From the NCBI RefSeq assembly GCF_003367075.2, contig NZ_CP065936.1, forward strand, positions 510,001-542,000: DNA of 32,000 nucleotides, in the 5' to 3' direction. Positions 8,432 through 18,022 of this stretch are shown piece after piece (position 1 is the first letter of the stretch; every line of letters begins with the position of its first letter). This DNA comes from Cylindrospermopsis raciborskii Cr2010. Lineage in GTDB: Bacteria > Cyanobacteriota > Cyanobacteriia > Cyanobacteriales > Nostocaceae. The position numbers and the translations under genes are program-made. Below the pieces are notes generated by a model. That model did not search any database, was not told where the DNA came from, and saw only the letters and a program-made list of their open reading frames with translations.

Positions 8432-8440
8432 AAACTGCTG

Positions 8441-9059
8441 TAATCAGTTTAGCTCGTAGGTTCCTAATATAGGTTTTGATGGTTTCTTCTTCTGGTGGAT
8501 TTTCCCAAGCCCAAATTTGGTCAATTAAGATGCTACGAGTAGCAATACGTCCATTACAACGCAATAGAGCTTCCATGAGAGCAAATTCTTTAGGTGTCAA
8601 ATGAATAGGTTTTTTCCCATATAAAACTTTGTACGTGCTAAAATCCAAGGACAAGTCACCCCAGGTGAGAGTGTTATTAGTTACAGGCTTCCCTCGGCGT
8701 AATAATGCCCGAACTTGGGCCATTAGTTCTTGCAAATTAAAGGGTTTGACCATGTAAGAGTCCGCTCCAGCATCTAAACCTGTGATTTTATCACTAATTG
8801 TATCGCGAGCAGTGAGCATGAGAATGGGTAAAGTACAACCATGGTCACGCAGTTTTTGGCATAGTCGAATCCCGTCTAGTTTAGGTAGGGTAATATCCAT
8901 AATTATCAGGTCATAGTTTATTACTGATAAGTCCTGTAATCGCCTCCAAGCAGCTTCACCATCCCTGACACATTCTACTTCGTACCTTTCCATGGTTAGA
9001 GCTTCTGTCAGGGATTCTGTTAGGTAATAATCATCCTCTACAACAAGAATCCACATCAC
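8441..9059 (-). pseudogene. OmpR/PhoB-family response regulator, C-terminus truncated at the IS630 boundary
   Basis: ILVVEDDYYLTESL...DLIIMDITLPKLDG...LMLTARD...VKPF receiver domain and LTPKEFALMEALLRCNG...YIRNLRAKL winged helix; the expected C-terminal wing (ETVYGxGY-type) is missing and replaced by ITAVFM-stop read from the IS end. Confidence 0.85.
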
Positions 9060-9074
9060 TATTTAACTGATGTT

Positions 9075-10334
9075 TTAATTTGACTTTTTTAAACTTTCTG
9101 CTATCAGCAGTTTTTTGTTTAGTATTTCTAGGGCAGCTTGATACTGCTTATCATCTGAACTGCCTACTTGTTCACGCCTAATCATTGATTGTTTAACCTC
9201 TACATCTGGCTTAATCCCTAATTTATTAATATCTCGATGGTTCGGTGTTTCATATTTAGCAATTGTCACTGCTAAACCAGAACCGTCAGTTAGTTGAAAT
9301 AATGACTGAATTAGCCCTTTACCAAAAGTAGTTTCACCGACTAGCTCCGCTCTACCATTGTCTTGTAAAGCACCCGCTAAAATCTCGCTGGCACTAGCAG
9401 TGCCCTGGTTGACCAAAATCACTAGAGGATCCTGAGTTAAAGCTGGACCAAAGGCTTCAAAACTCCCTTGTATACCTTGACGGTTAACAGTATACACTAC
9501 CATTCCCGAGTCTAACCATTGACGGGCTACCTCTATCCCCGCTTTTAATAGTCCTCCTGGATTATTGCGCAAATCCAAAATGTAGGCTGTCGACCCCTGC
9601 TCCTCCATGCTATTAATTGCATTCGCTAGTTCTAAAGCAGCATTAGCATTGAATTGTGAAAGACGAATATAACCAATGGGCATTCCTTCCGGTGAAAGAC
9701 GTAAGTCAGCCAGTACAGGATTTAATTCAATGCGATCGCGCACTAAAACTACTTCTTGATTTGGTTGTCCCTCGCGACCAATCAGTAGGGTGACTACTGT
9801 GCCAATGGGTCCACGCATCCGCGCTGCTGCTTCATCCAGGGTGATATTTTCCGTGGATAATCCCTCAATTTGTAAAATCCGATCTCGTGGTTTTAAGCCT
9901 GCTCTTTCTGCAGGTGAACCCTGAATAGGTGTAATTACCTCTAATATACCAGTTTCAGAATTGAGAGCGATTTGTAAACCTATACCGGTCAACTCTCCGG
10001 AAGTGTTAACTTGTAAACTGCGATACTGGTCTGGGTCTAAAAATCTGGTGAAAGGATCATCTAGGCTTTTAAGCATATCTCGCACTACTTTGTATGCTGC
10101 TTGATCATTTCCCAGGGGTTGTTTAAAAGCTCGTTGTCTTACACTTTCCCAGTTTTGGTTATTAAAACTTGCATCTATATATGATCTATTAACAATTCGC
10201 CAAGCCTCAGCTACTACTTTTTGCTGTTGAGTTAAAGCAATAGCTGATGGAACAAAGTAGCTAAAACCCCAGATGAAAGCCACACCAAAAGCCAAAAGTA
10301 ACGAAAATCCCCATCGTAAGAGCCATTTATTCAT
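9075..10334 (-). CDS. ctpA: carboxyl-terminal processing protease, S41 family with PDZ domain
   Basis: 419 aa; signal-like N-terminus, PDZ region LTGIGLQI...GSPAERAGLKPRDRI, YIRLSQF, LDLRNNPGGLL, GTASASEILAGALQDN, GKGLIQS. Exact Ctp paralogue not resolved. Confidence 0.88.
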   Translation of the reverse strand: MNKWLLRWGFSLLLAFGVAFIWGFSYFVPSAIALTQQQKVVAEAWRIVNRSYIDASFNNQNWESVRQRAFKQPLGNDQAAYKVVRDMLKSLDDPFTRFLDPDQYRSLQVNTSGELTGIGLQIALNSETGILEVITPIQGSPAERAGLKPRDRILQIEGLSTENITLDEAAARMRGPIGTVVTLLIGREGQPNQEVVLVRDRIELNPVLADLRLSPEGMPIGYIRLSQFNANAALELANAINSMEEQGSTAYILDLRNNPGGLLKAGIEVARQWLDSGMVVYTVNRQGIQGSFEAFGPALTQDPLVILVNQGTASASEILAGALQDNGRAELVGETTFGKGLIQSLFQLTDGSGLAVTIAKYETPNHRDINKLGIKPDVEVKQSMIRREQVGSSDDKQYQAALEILNKKLLIAESLKKSN

Positions 10335-10727
10335 GGAGCTTTTTTCCTCTTATTCCTAACTAAACTAATTATTAACCTCCGGTAGGGAAGTTTTTAATGA
10401 AATTTCACTCTCAATTATGTTACTTTTCTTATGGGGGTGTCTTGTAATCAATTCTGAAGTTAATTATTCTTCAGATGACATGGAGAAGCACAACCAGCCA
10501 AAAAACGATAAAATCTTCTTGGGAACCAACATTTTTCACGTTGGCTTGCAAGCGGAACGCAATATATTCCATATTTACAGAATGTTAAGTTTCTGAAAAA
10601 CCTAACAGTTTTGTAACCTAGCTGCTCTTTTTGCTTGCGCATCCCAATAGCTTTGAGAGACTCGTCTTTTTGAAGCGGGGAGAAGTCAATTATCCACCAT
10701 AGGTAATTTGTAGGGACTTGAAATTAT

Positions 10728-11375
10728 ATGGCCAGCGTCTATGATTGGTTTGAGGAACGTTTAGAACTGGAAGCGCTCGCTGAGGACGTAACCAGCAAAT
10801 ACGTACCACCCCACGTTAACATCTTTTACTGTTTAGGCGGAATCACTCTAGTTTGTTTTCTAATTCAGTTTGCCACTGGATTTGCCATGACATTCTACTA
10901 CAAGCCTACAGTAGCAGAGGCATTCTCCTCTGTGCAGTACATAATGAATGAAGTTAACTTTGGTTGGCTAATTCGTTCCATCCATCGTTGGTCCGCCAGC
11001 ATGATGGTATTAATGATGATCCTCCACGTTTTCCGGGTATACTTAACTGGTGGGTTCAAAAAACCACGGGAACTGACCTGGGTTAGCGGAGTAATTCTAG
11101 CAGTCATCACCGTTTCCTTTGGTGTAACTGGTTACTCATTACCTTGGGATCAAGTGGGTTACTGGGCGGTGAAAATCGTTAGTGGTGTGCCAGAGGCAAT
11201 TCCCGTAGTAGGGGTTTTGATTTCTGATTTATTACGTGGTGGTTCTAGCGTAGGTCAAGCCACCCTAACCAGATACTACAGTGCCCACACCTTTGTACTA
11301 CCTTGGCTAATTGCAGTATTCATGCTGTTCCACTTCTTGATGATCCGCAAGCAAGGTATTTCTGGACCATTGTAA
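10728..11375 (+). CDS. petB: cytochrome b6 of the b6f complex
   Basis: 215 aa; [38 protein letters not shown]... Confidence 0.99.
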   Translation: MASVYDWFEERLELEALAEDVTSKYVPPHVNIFYCLGGITLVCFLIQFATGFAMTFYYKPTVAEAFSSVQYIMNEVNFGWLIRSIHRWSASMMVLMMILHVFRVYLTGGFKKPRELTWVSGVILAVITVSFGVTGYSLPWDQVGYWAVKIVSGVPEAIPVVGVLISDLLRGGSSVGQATLTRYYSAHTFVLPWLIAVFMLFHFLMIRKQGISGPL

Positions 11376-11448
11376 TTGCTGTAAAACTGTAATTAGTGGA
11401 AAATTGTAATTACCAGACACTTGAGTAATCGGGAGACAACAACTAAAA

Positions 11449-11931
11449 ATGTCCACACAAAAGAAACCGGATCTAAGCGATCCTATTTTAAGAGCGAAAC
11501 TGGCTAAGGGAATGGGTCATAACTACTATGGCGAACCTGCTTGGCCCAATGATTTACTTTATGTATTCCCCATTGTAATCATGGGTTCATTTGCCTGTAT
11601 TGTAGCCCTAGCTGTACTAGAGCCTGCATTAGTAGGTGAACCAGCAAATCCTTTTGCCACCCCTTTAGAAATTTTGCCCGAGTGGTATCTGTTCCCAGTG
11701 TTCCAGATTCTCCGCTCTCTACCCAATAAACTTTTGGGAGTATTGGCCATGGCATCAGTACCCCTGGGACTGATTCTTGTTCCCTTTATTGAAAGCGTTA
11801 ACAAGTTTCAAAATCCATTCCGTCGTCCAGTAGCAACAACAGTATTCTTATTTGGTACTCTTGTTACCATCTGGTTAGGTATTGGTGCAGCACTGCCTTT
11901 AGACAAATCTCTAACTTTGGGACTATTCTAA
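11449..11931 (+). CDS. petD: cytochrome b6f subunit IV
   Basis: 160 aa; [37 protein letters not shown]... Confidence 0.99.
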   Translation: MSTQKKPDLSDPILRAKLAKGMGHNYYGEPAWPNDLLYVFPIVIMGSFACIVALAVLEPALVGEPANPFATPLEILPEWYLFPVFQILRSLPNKLLGVLAMASVPLGLILVPFIESVNKFQNPFRRPVATTVFLFGTLVTIWLGIGAALPLDKSLTLGLF

Positions 11932-12103
11932 ATTAGTCAAGCCCTAATTTTGCTAATCTCAGACTAATGCCTGGGGGTTTTAAAAGTGTATGAGAGAGGT
12001 TAGGGAGAAATCTGTTTCCCGTGATTTCAACTGATATACTTTTGGAACCAACAGGTTACCAAAGAGTGTTAAATGGCTAAACAACAATTTTAGACTCAGG
12101 TCA

Positions 12104-12550
12104 ATGCTTACTAAAGTTCAGCAAGACCGAACAACAGTAAAAAGCGAATTAAAGCTACAGAATCAAGTCCAGGAGTGGTTTGAGACCTTTTGTTTGCGAT
12201 ATCTTGTTCAACAAGGCTGGTCAGAAAGCCACATATACCGTATGAACCTGGCATTAGCAGAAGGCTTTACCAACGCGGTGCGTCATGCTCATCGGAATTT
12301 GCCACCAGAAACAAATATAGAAATTGAATTGGGTTTATGGGTAGATAGATTAGAAATCCGAATTTGGGACTACGGTCAACCCTTTAATCCTGATCAGATA
12401 CCGGAACCTAAACCCGGTACCCTACAAGAGCATGGTTATGGATGGTTTTTAATTCGCCGTCTAGCAGATCAGGTGGTTTATGAACGTATAGATAATCAGA
12501 GAAACTGTTTATTAATCGTAAAGAACCGTTTTGAAGGCATACCTGCTTAA
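12104..12550 (+). CDS. anti-sigma regulatory factor / RsbW-like ATPase
   Basis: 148 aa; NLALAEGFTNAVRHAHRNLP...LEIRIWDYGQPFNP...EHGYGWFLIRRLAD, GHKL ATPase motifs. Confidence 0.88.
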   Translation: MLTKVQQDRTTVKSELKLQNQVQEWFETFCLRYLVQQGWSESHIYRMNLALAEGFTNAVRHAHRNLPPETNIEIELGLWVDRLEIRIWDYGQPFNPDQIPEPKPGTLQEHGYGWFLIRRLADQVVYERIDNQRNCLLIVKNRFEGIPA

Positions 12551-12570
12551 ACTAGTATGACCAGCCCGCT

Positions 12571-13200
12571 TCAAGTACCCTTTAACTTTTGATATATTTC
12601 CTGTAAATCAAGAATAGTAAATAGGGTATCAAAATGCAAGTTAACTGATTCATACAATTCTCTTCCTCCTTGAAGTCTGTCTACGAGAGAAACCACCCGA
12701 TCAACCTGATAACCGGCCGATGTGAGGCGTTCTACTGCTTGAAGAGCAGATTTCCCAGTGGTAACCACATCTTCCAAAACCACCACCCTAGCTGCTGGCG
12801 GTAAATTTGGACCCTCAATATAAGCCATTGTACCATGTCCCTTAGCTTCTTTACGAATAATTAGGGCAGGTATGGGTCTATTTTCATAAACAGAGACCAC
12901 ACTAACAGAAGACACAATGGGATCAGCGCCCAGAGTTAAACCAGCGACAGCTTGAGTATCTACTGGTAGAATATTAAGTATTAATCTACCTATAGCTAGG
13001 GCACCCTGGGGATGAAGAGTAACTTGTTTGCCATTGATATAGTAGGAACTCCGCCTTCCAGAAGAGAGAACAAAATCACCTTCCTGATAAGCAAGTTGAC
13101 AGAATAAATCTAGTAACTTCCGACGTAGGAGGGCCAAATCATCAGTAGTTGACCAAATTGTGGAATCATGAGATGTTTTGGTAGAATGGGACATTAGCAC
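12571..13200 (-). CDS. pyrE: orotate phosphoribosyltransferase
   Basis: GDFVLSSGRRSSYYINGKQVTLHPQG, RVVVLEDVVTTGKSALQAVE PRPP motif. Confidence 0.95.
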   Translation of the reverse strand: MLMSHSTKTSHDSTIWSTTDDLALLRRKLLDLFCQLAYQEGDFVLSSGRRSSYYINGKQVTLHPQGALAIGRLILNILPVDTQAVAGLTLGADPIVSSVSVVSVYENRPIPALIIRKEAKGHGTMAYIEGPNLPPAARVVVLEDVVTTGKSALQAVERLTSAGYQVDRVVSLVDRLQGGRELYESVNLHFDTLFTILDLQEIYQKLKGT

Positions 13201-13221
13201 TGATTAACTGTTAATAGATGT

Positions 13222-13716
13222 CTATTGCTCAATCCTTAAACCCATAATAATTAAATCCCGTTCCACACCTGCTAAATCAGCAACCTTGGGTAAGAGTCCC
13301 CAGTGTTGAAAGCCAAATTGAGCAAATAGTTGTAAACTGGGTTGATTATGGGCAAAAATAAAGCTAAGGAGAGTTTTTATTCCTAAACTAGGACCTTCAT
13401 CGATTGCTTTTAGCAGTAAGGTTTTACCCAAACCACGTCTGTGAAAGCTGGGGGAAATATAAATACTGATTTCAGCAGTAGCATGGTAAGCTGGTCTACC
13501 GTAAAAGGATTGAAAACTTAGCCAACCAGCAATATTGTAATTTATTTCCACTACCCACAGAGGACGTTGTGAGGGTACTCTTTCCTGGAACCATGTCATC
13601 CGACTTTCTAAAGTTACGGGTTCCAGATCTGCAGTGGCCATACGAGTGGGAACAGCTGCATTATAAATGGCGACGATTGCTGGCAAATCTAACTCCGTGG
13701 CATTGCGGATAATCAT
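13222..13716 (-). CDS. GNAT-family N-acetyltransferase
   Basis: IRNATELDLPAIVAIYNAAV...AEISIYISPSFHRRGLGKTLL. Confidence 0.9.
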   Translation of the reverse strand: MIIRNATELDLPAIVAIYNAAVPTRMATADLEPVTLESRMTWFQERVPSQRPLWVVEINYNIAGWLSFQSFYGRPAYHATAEISIYISPSFHRRGLGKTLLLKAIDEGPSLGIKTLLSFIFAHNQPSLQLFAQFGFQHWGLLPKVADLAGVERDLIIMGLRIEQ

Positions 13717-13728
13717 CTCAAGTTAGTC

Positions 13729-15093
13729 CTATCTATATCCTTCCCACGGAGAAACTTCTAGAACACCATTGGGTTTGAAAAGCACTCGAAAATGAGCCAG
13801 AGGTTCCCGGTTTTTAGGTGCGGCTAAATTTGAACCGTAGAGGGTTTTAAATATTTCTGGTAGGGGAGTTTCTGTATAATAGTCAAAGGCAACTTGGTTT
13901 AATGGTTCGTAATCGGCAATTACACCATTTTTGTTGATAGCTACTCGATATCTCAATTCTCTTGGAAAGGAAGGTTTAATACTCCAGTTCTGGCGAATCG
14001 TCTGATATAGGGTTTGATTTAACTCCCTTATGGAAGTAGGATCAGTAATTTTGTCACCTATAACATCTGGGGTACGACTATACCCAATCCATGGACTAAC
14101 TTGTAACTGGGCCTTATTTGTAAACACGACCCTAAATTGAGCTATGGGCTCTTTATTACCAGTACCACTGACGGGATTGTATAACAACCTGGGTAGGGGT
14201 GTTTTCTCTATTTGATCATTAGAACTTTGATTAAGTGACTTATATCCTATAATGCGCCCATCTGCTGCCACACCTATACGATAAATCAAATTTTCTCCTA
14301 TTTTTCCCCGACTTTGCCATTCTGAATTGATTTGGTTATACACTTGTCGGTTTAAAGACTTCAACTGGGAGGGGTCAGTAATTTCCGGTACGGTATTGAG
14401 TAGTGCTTCTAAATCTTGAATATCAGATGCTAGTGTGGAATCAGGTGTGGGTGATGTTGTGGAAGCAGGTGATGATTCTGGCACTCCCGAGCTAGTTTGT
14501 GTATTTTGTGTAGTTGGATTCCACTGAGGTGGTGGAATTATGCCCAGGGCCAAGGCTGCTATAGCTAAACTTGATACTCCTACAGTAGCTGGTACTGCTT
14601 GTCTCAATGCCACCTGACCAGACATACCATAACTTCTGCTAACGGGTTGTAATTCCAAGATCAGTTCTGGCAATGTTTGGCTATCAGCAAAAAATTGGTC
14701 AACCGCCTCCACTAAATCAAATAGCCCAACCGTATTCATGTCTATTCTCAGGGGGTTATCTCGGGTATCCGTAGAATCTGAATATATAATTAGTTGGTGT
14801 CTGTCATTATTAATTCTTTCCACTTCTACTAACTCTGACCCCTTGCTGTGGGCCTGGGGATTGGGTACATTACTTAAAAACTCCTGTGCATAGCCACTTA
14901 CCGCCCTGACCAAACTCTCGAAAAATTCTCTGCCCCCACTTATAGGTTGATTGTAGCCTGACAAGTAGCATTCAGCATTAATGAGTATGGACATCTCAGG
15001 TCGAGCCTGAGAAAATGTTGTGGAAGGAGCAGTGCTAAATCCTTCTAAAAGGATTGTGCAGTTAGGTAAACTATATTTACGTTGAATGTTCAT
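13729..15093 (-). CDS. DUF4335 domain-containing protein
   Basis: 454 aa starting [18 protein letters not shown]; cyanobacterial conserved protein located next to the DUF3038 gene. Confidence 0.75.
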   Translation of the reverse strand: MNIQRKYSLPNCTILLEGFSTAPSTTFSQARPEMSILINAECYLSGYNQPISGGREFFESLVRAVSGYAQEFLSNVPNPQAHSKGSELVEVERINNDRHQLIIYSDSTDTRDNPLRIDMNTVGLFDLVEAVDQFFADSQTLPELILELQPVSRSYGMSGQVALRQAVPATVGVSSLAIAALALGIIPPPQWNPTTQNTQTSSGVPESSPASTTSPTPDSTLASDIQDLEALLNTVPEITDPSQLKSLNRQVYNQINSEWQSRGKIGENLIYRIGVAADGRIIGYKSLNQSSNDQIEKTPLPRLLYNPVSGTGNKEPIAQFRVVFTNKAQLQVSPWIGYSRTPDVIGDKITDPTSIRELNQTLYQTIRQNWSIKPSFPRELRYRVAINKNGVIADYEPLNQVAFDYYTETPLPEIFKTLYGSNLAAPKNREPLAHFRVLFKPNGVLEVSPWEGYR

Positions 15094-15722
15094 TCTACCT
15101 CGCCGTCAAAAAGAGAAATCCAAAAGCGCTGCATACCAGCTGTACCAGTGCAGAATAGTAGTTTGGCTAATAAATCTATGGCAAGTTGATCCAACTTTTC
15201 ATCAGAATTAGAATTAGGTGTAAGTAGGAGAGAACGTCTAGGATTCATCCGACTTTTAAAATGGGTTCTAAATCTTTCCAGATAATTAGCCAGACGCAAA
15301 TTATGGGACAGAGGAATTTGTTTTTCTGATAGTTGTTGATATATCATTAGTAGCTGACGAATCACCACTGTCAATCTTTTAGCTATACAAGAGGTGATAA
15401 TAACTAAACACTTGGCCTCCATAGTAGTTAGGGGACGACGGGTATGGGCCTTGCGCAGTGGGTTGGCAGCACGCATTCGCCATAAATTAACCCGATTCCT
15501 GATCACCTGATTTAGTTCCAGTTCCTGGGCAAAGGTGAGTATGGCTGCTGATCCACCTAATTCGATGGACTCAATTGCTAGTAAGATTAGGTCAATGTCT
15601 ATGGCAGTTCTCCGGGGACAGGCCCTAGTTCCGATCGCCGGATCTGGTAGTGTTTCCAAAATCATTGGGGTAGAACTATCAGTGGGAGGCTCAAATGTAG
15701 TTGTGCTTGCATAGGAGTTCAT
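15090..15722 (-). CDS. DUF3038 domain-containing protein
   Basis: 210 aa; [50 protein letters not shown]. Confidence 0.78.
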   Translation of the reverse strand: MNSYASTTTFEPPTDSSTPMILETLPDPAIGTRACPRRTAIDIDLILLAIESIELGGSAAILTFAQELELNQVIRNRVNLWRMRAANPLRKAHTRRPLTTMEAKCLVIITSCIAKRLTVVIRQLLMIYQQLSEKQIPLSHNLRLANYLERFRTHFKSRMNPRRSLLLTPNSNSDEKLDQLAIDLLAKLLFCTGTAGMQRFWISLFDGEVE

Positions 15723-15844
15723 GCTCTAAGATATCCTGTAATATACGAGTAAGAAATTTAGTATGGCAAGTTTGTAATCTTGGATTGCATTTTAGTTTCC
15801 ATCATTCTACCATATTTTGTATTAACAATGAACGCCAAACTAGT

Positions 15845-16363
15845 ATGAACTTAAAATCTCTCATTCGTGACATACCTGATTTTCCTAAGCCTGGAATTTT
15901 ATTTAGGGACATTACTACTTTACTGGGTGATCCTCAAGGTTTGCGCTACACCATTGATATTTTGGCAGAAAAATGTGGAACCTTGGAAATGCAGGTAGAT
16001 TATGTTGTGGGTATGGAGTCAAGAGGTTTTATTTTCGGTGCACCTCTAGCTTATAAGCTAGCATCTGGTTTTGTCCCTGTGCGGAAAAAGGGAAAGTTAC
16101 CAGCACCAGTTCACAGAATTGATTATCAGTTAGAATATGGTACAGATAGTCTAGAAGTACATCAGGATGCTTTGACTCCTGGTAGTAGGGTTCTGATTGT
16201 AGATGATTTGATTGCTACTGGTGGTACTGCTAGTGCTACAGCCAAATTGCTAGAAAAAATCGGTTGTGAGTTAGTGGGGTTTGGTTTTATCGTTGAACTT
16301 AAAGATTTGCAAGGACGTAAACATTTGCCTGATGTGCCCATTATATCTCTGGTAGAATATTAG
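15845..16363 (+). CDS. apt: adenine phosphoribosyltransferase
   Basis: Start set at [27 protein letters not shown]; [23 protein letters not shown]. Confidence 0.95.
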   Translation: MNLKSLIRDIPDFPKPGILFRDITTLLGDPQGLRYTIDILAEKCGTLEMQVDYVVGMESRGFIFGAPLAYKLASGFVPVRKKGKLPAPVHRIDYQLEYGTDSLEVHQDALTPGSRVLIVDDLIATGGTASATAKLLEKIGCELVGFGFIVELKDLQGRKHLPDVPIISLVEY

Positions 16364-16383
16364 TAGGTTATGAAAACTCAAGA

Positions 16384-17445
16384 TTGCCCATGACAGATAT
16401 TAAAACAAAGATCATAATTCCCTGGGTTAGGAGTCGAGATTGGTTAATTAAACTGGTTACTGACGAAACATGTATTTATGTTATCAAGCGGTTATTACAG
16501 GCTTTATTAACTGTTTTTCTGGCCTCAGCACTGTCGTTTTTCGTCATGAAGTTTTCTCCAGGTGACTATATAGATACACTTAGGCAAAACCCCAAGATTT
16601 CCCCGGAGAGGATTGAGGAAATTAGGCGGCAATTTGGATTGGATAGAACCTGGTGGGAACAGTTTTTACTATGGATCAGGCAAATCATCACTAGAGGTGA
16701 TTTTGGCACCAGTTTTGTTTACCAGCGTCCTGTAGCTTCCCTAATCTGGGAAAGGATACCAAATACCTTGTTGTTGGCAGTTGCATCCTTAATTGTTACC
16801 TGGGCGGTAGCTATTCCTCTGGGTATTATTGCCGCTGTTCAACAAAATCGGTCCACGGATAAGGTTCTTCAAGTATTGAGTTATGCTGGTCAAGGGTTTC
16901 CCAGTTTTATTACAGCTTTGTTTCTGCTGTTTGTAGCTCAAATTACTACCCCCTTATTTCCAGTAGGTAATATTACTAGTCTTAACCATTCTGAATTGAC
17001 ATGGTTTGGCAAAATATTAGATATTAGTTGGCATATCTTATTACCTTTAATTGCATTAAGTATTACCAGTTTTGCCGGCTTACAAAGGATTATGCGTGGT
17101 CAACTGCTAGATACTCTACGCCAAGACTACATTCAAACTGCTCGCGCAAAAGGACTGCCAGAAAACCGAGTTATTTATGTTCATGCTTTGAGAAATGCTA
17201 TTAATCCTTTAATCACTTTGCTGGGATTCGAACTAGCCAGTCTACTAAGCGGTGCTTTTATTACAGAAAACTTTTTTAACTGGCCTGGTTTAGGCAAGTT
17301 GACTTTACAAGCTGTTTTGGCAAAAGATCAATACTTAGTAATGGCTAGTTTAGTAATGAGTGCCGTATTATTAATTTTTGGGAATTTAATTGCTGACCTA
17401 ATGTTAAAAGCGGCTGATCCTAGAATCAGGTTAGAGGACTTATAG
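16384..17445 (+). CDS. ABC transporter permease (dipeptide/oligopeptide DppB-type)
   Basis: 353 aa; FFVMKFSPGDY, ALRNAINPLITLLGFELASLLSGAFITENFFNWPGLG. Confidence 0.9.
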   Translation: MPMTDIKTKIIIPWVRSRDWLIKLVTDETCIYVIKRLLQALLTVFLASALSFFVMKFSPGDYIDTLRQNPKISPERIEEIRRQFGLDRTWWEQFLLWIRQIITRGDFGTSFVYQRPVASLIWERIPNTLLLAVASLIVTWAVAIPLGIIAAVQQNRSTDKVLQVLSYAGQGFPSFITALFLLFVAQITTPLFPVGNITSLNHSELTWFGKILDISWHILLPLIALSITSFAGLQRIMRGQLLDTLRQDYIQTARAKGLPENRVIYVHALRNAINPLITLLGFELASLLSGAFITENFFNWPGLGKLTLQAVLAKDQYLVMASLVMSAVLLIFGNLIADLMLKAADPRIRLEDL

Positions 17446-17572
17446 CCTTGGCTACATAAACTAGCGCTGCTGAATTAAGACCTTCAACAACGCTTCCTGT
17501 GAGTTATAGGAGCAAATACAAAGTTCTCTAACCCTAATTAGAATTAGTGGTCAATAATTGCTCGGATAAAAT

Positions 17573-17938
<366 letters not shown>

Positions 17939-18022
17939 TTATATATCTAACCAGATTTTTTGTCGGTATTGTTAACCTAATTCATTTAACACTGGTGAGA
18001 AATCCATCTTATGTATTTTATG

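Larger units (their letters stand above)
7394..8440 (+). mobile_element. IS630-family element, 1047 bp
   Basis: TIRs CAGCAATTTTCATGTAGTTAAAC (7394 on) and reverse complement of the right end CAGCAGTTTTCATGTAAATAAAC. TA at 7392-7393 and 8441-8442. Encloses an IS630-type transposase. Confidence 0.92.

Noticed and set aside
10453-10475. Perfect inverted repeat TCTGAAG...CTTCAGA upstream of petB
   Set aside because: Short 7-bp arms and no T-tract; could be chance or a regulator site but evidence is insufficient.
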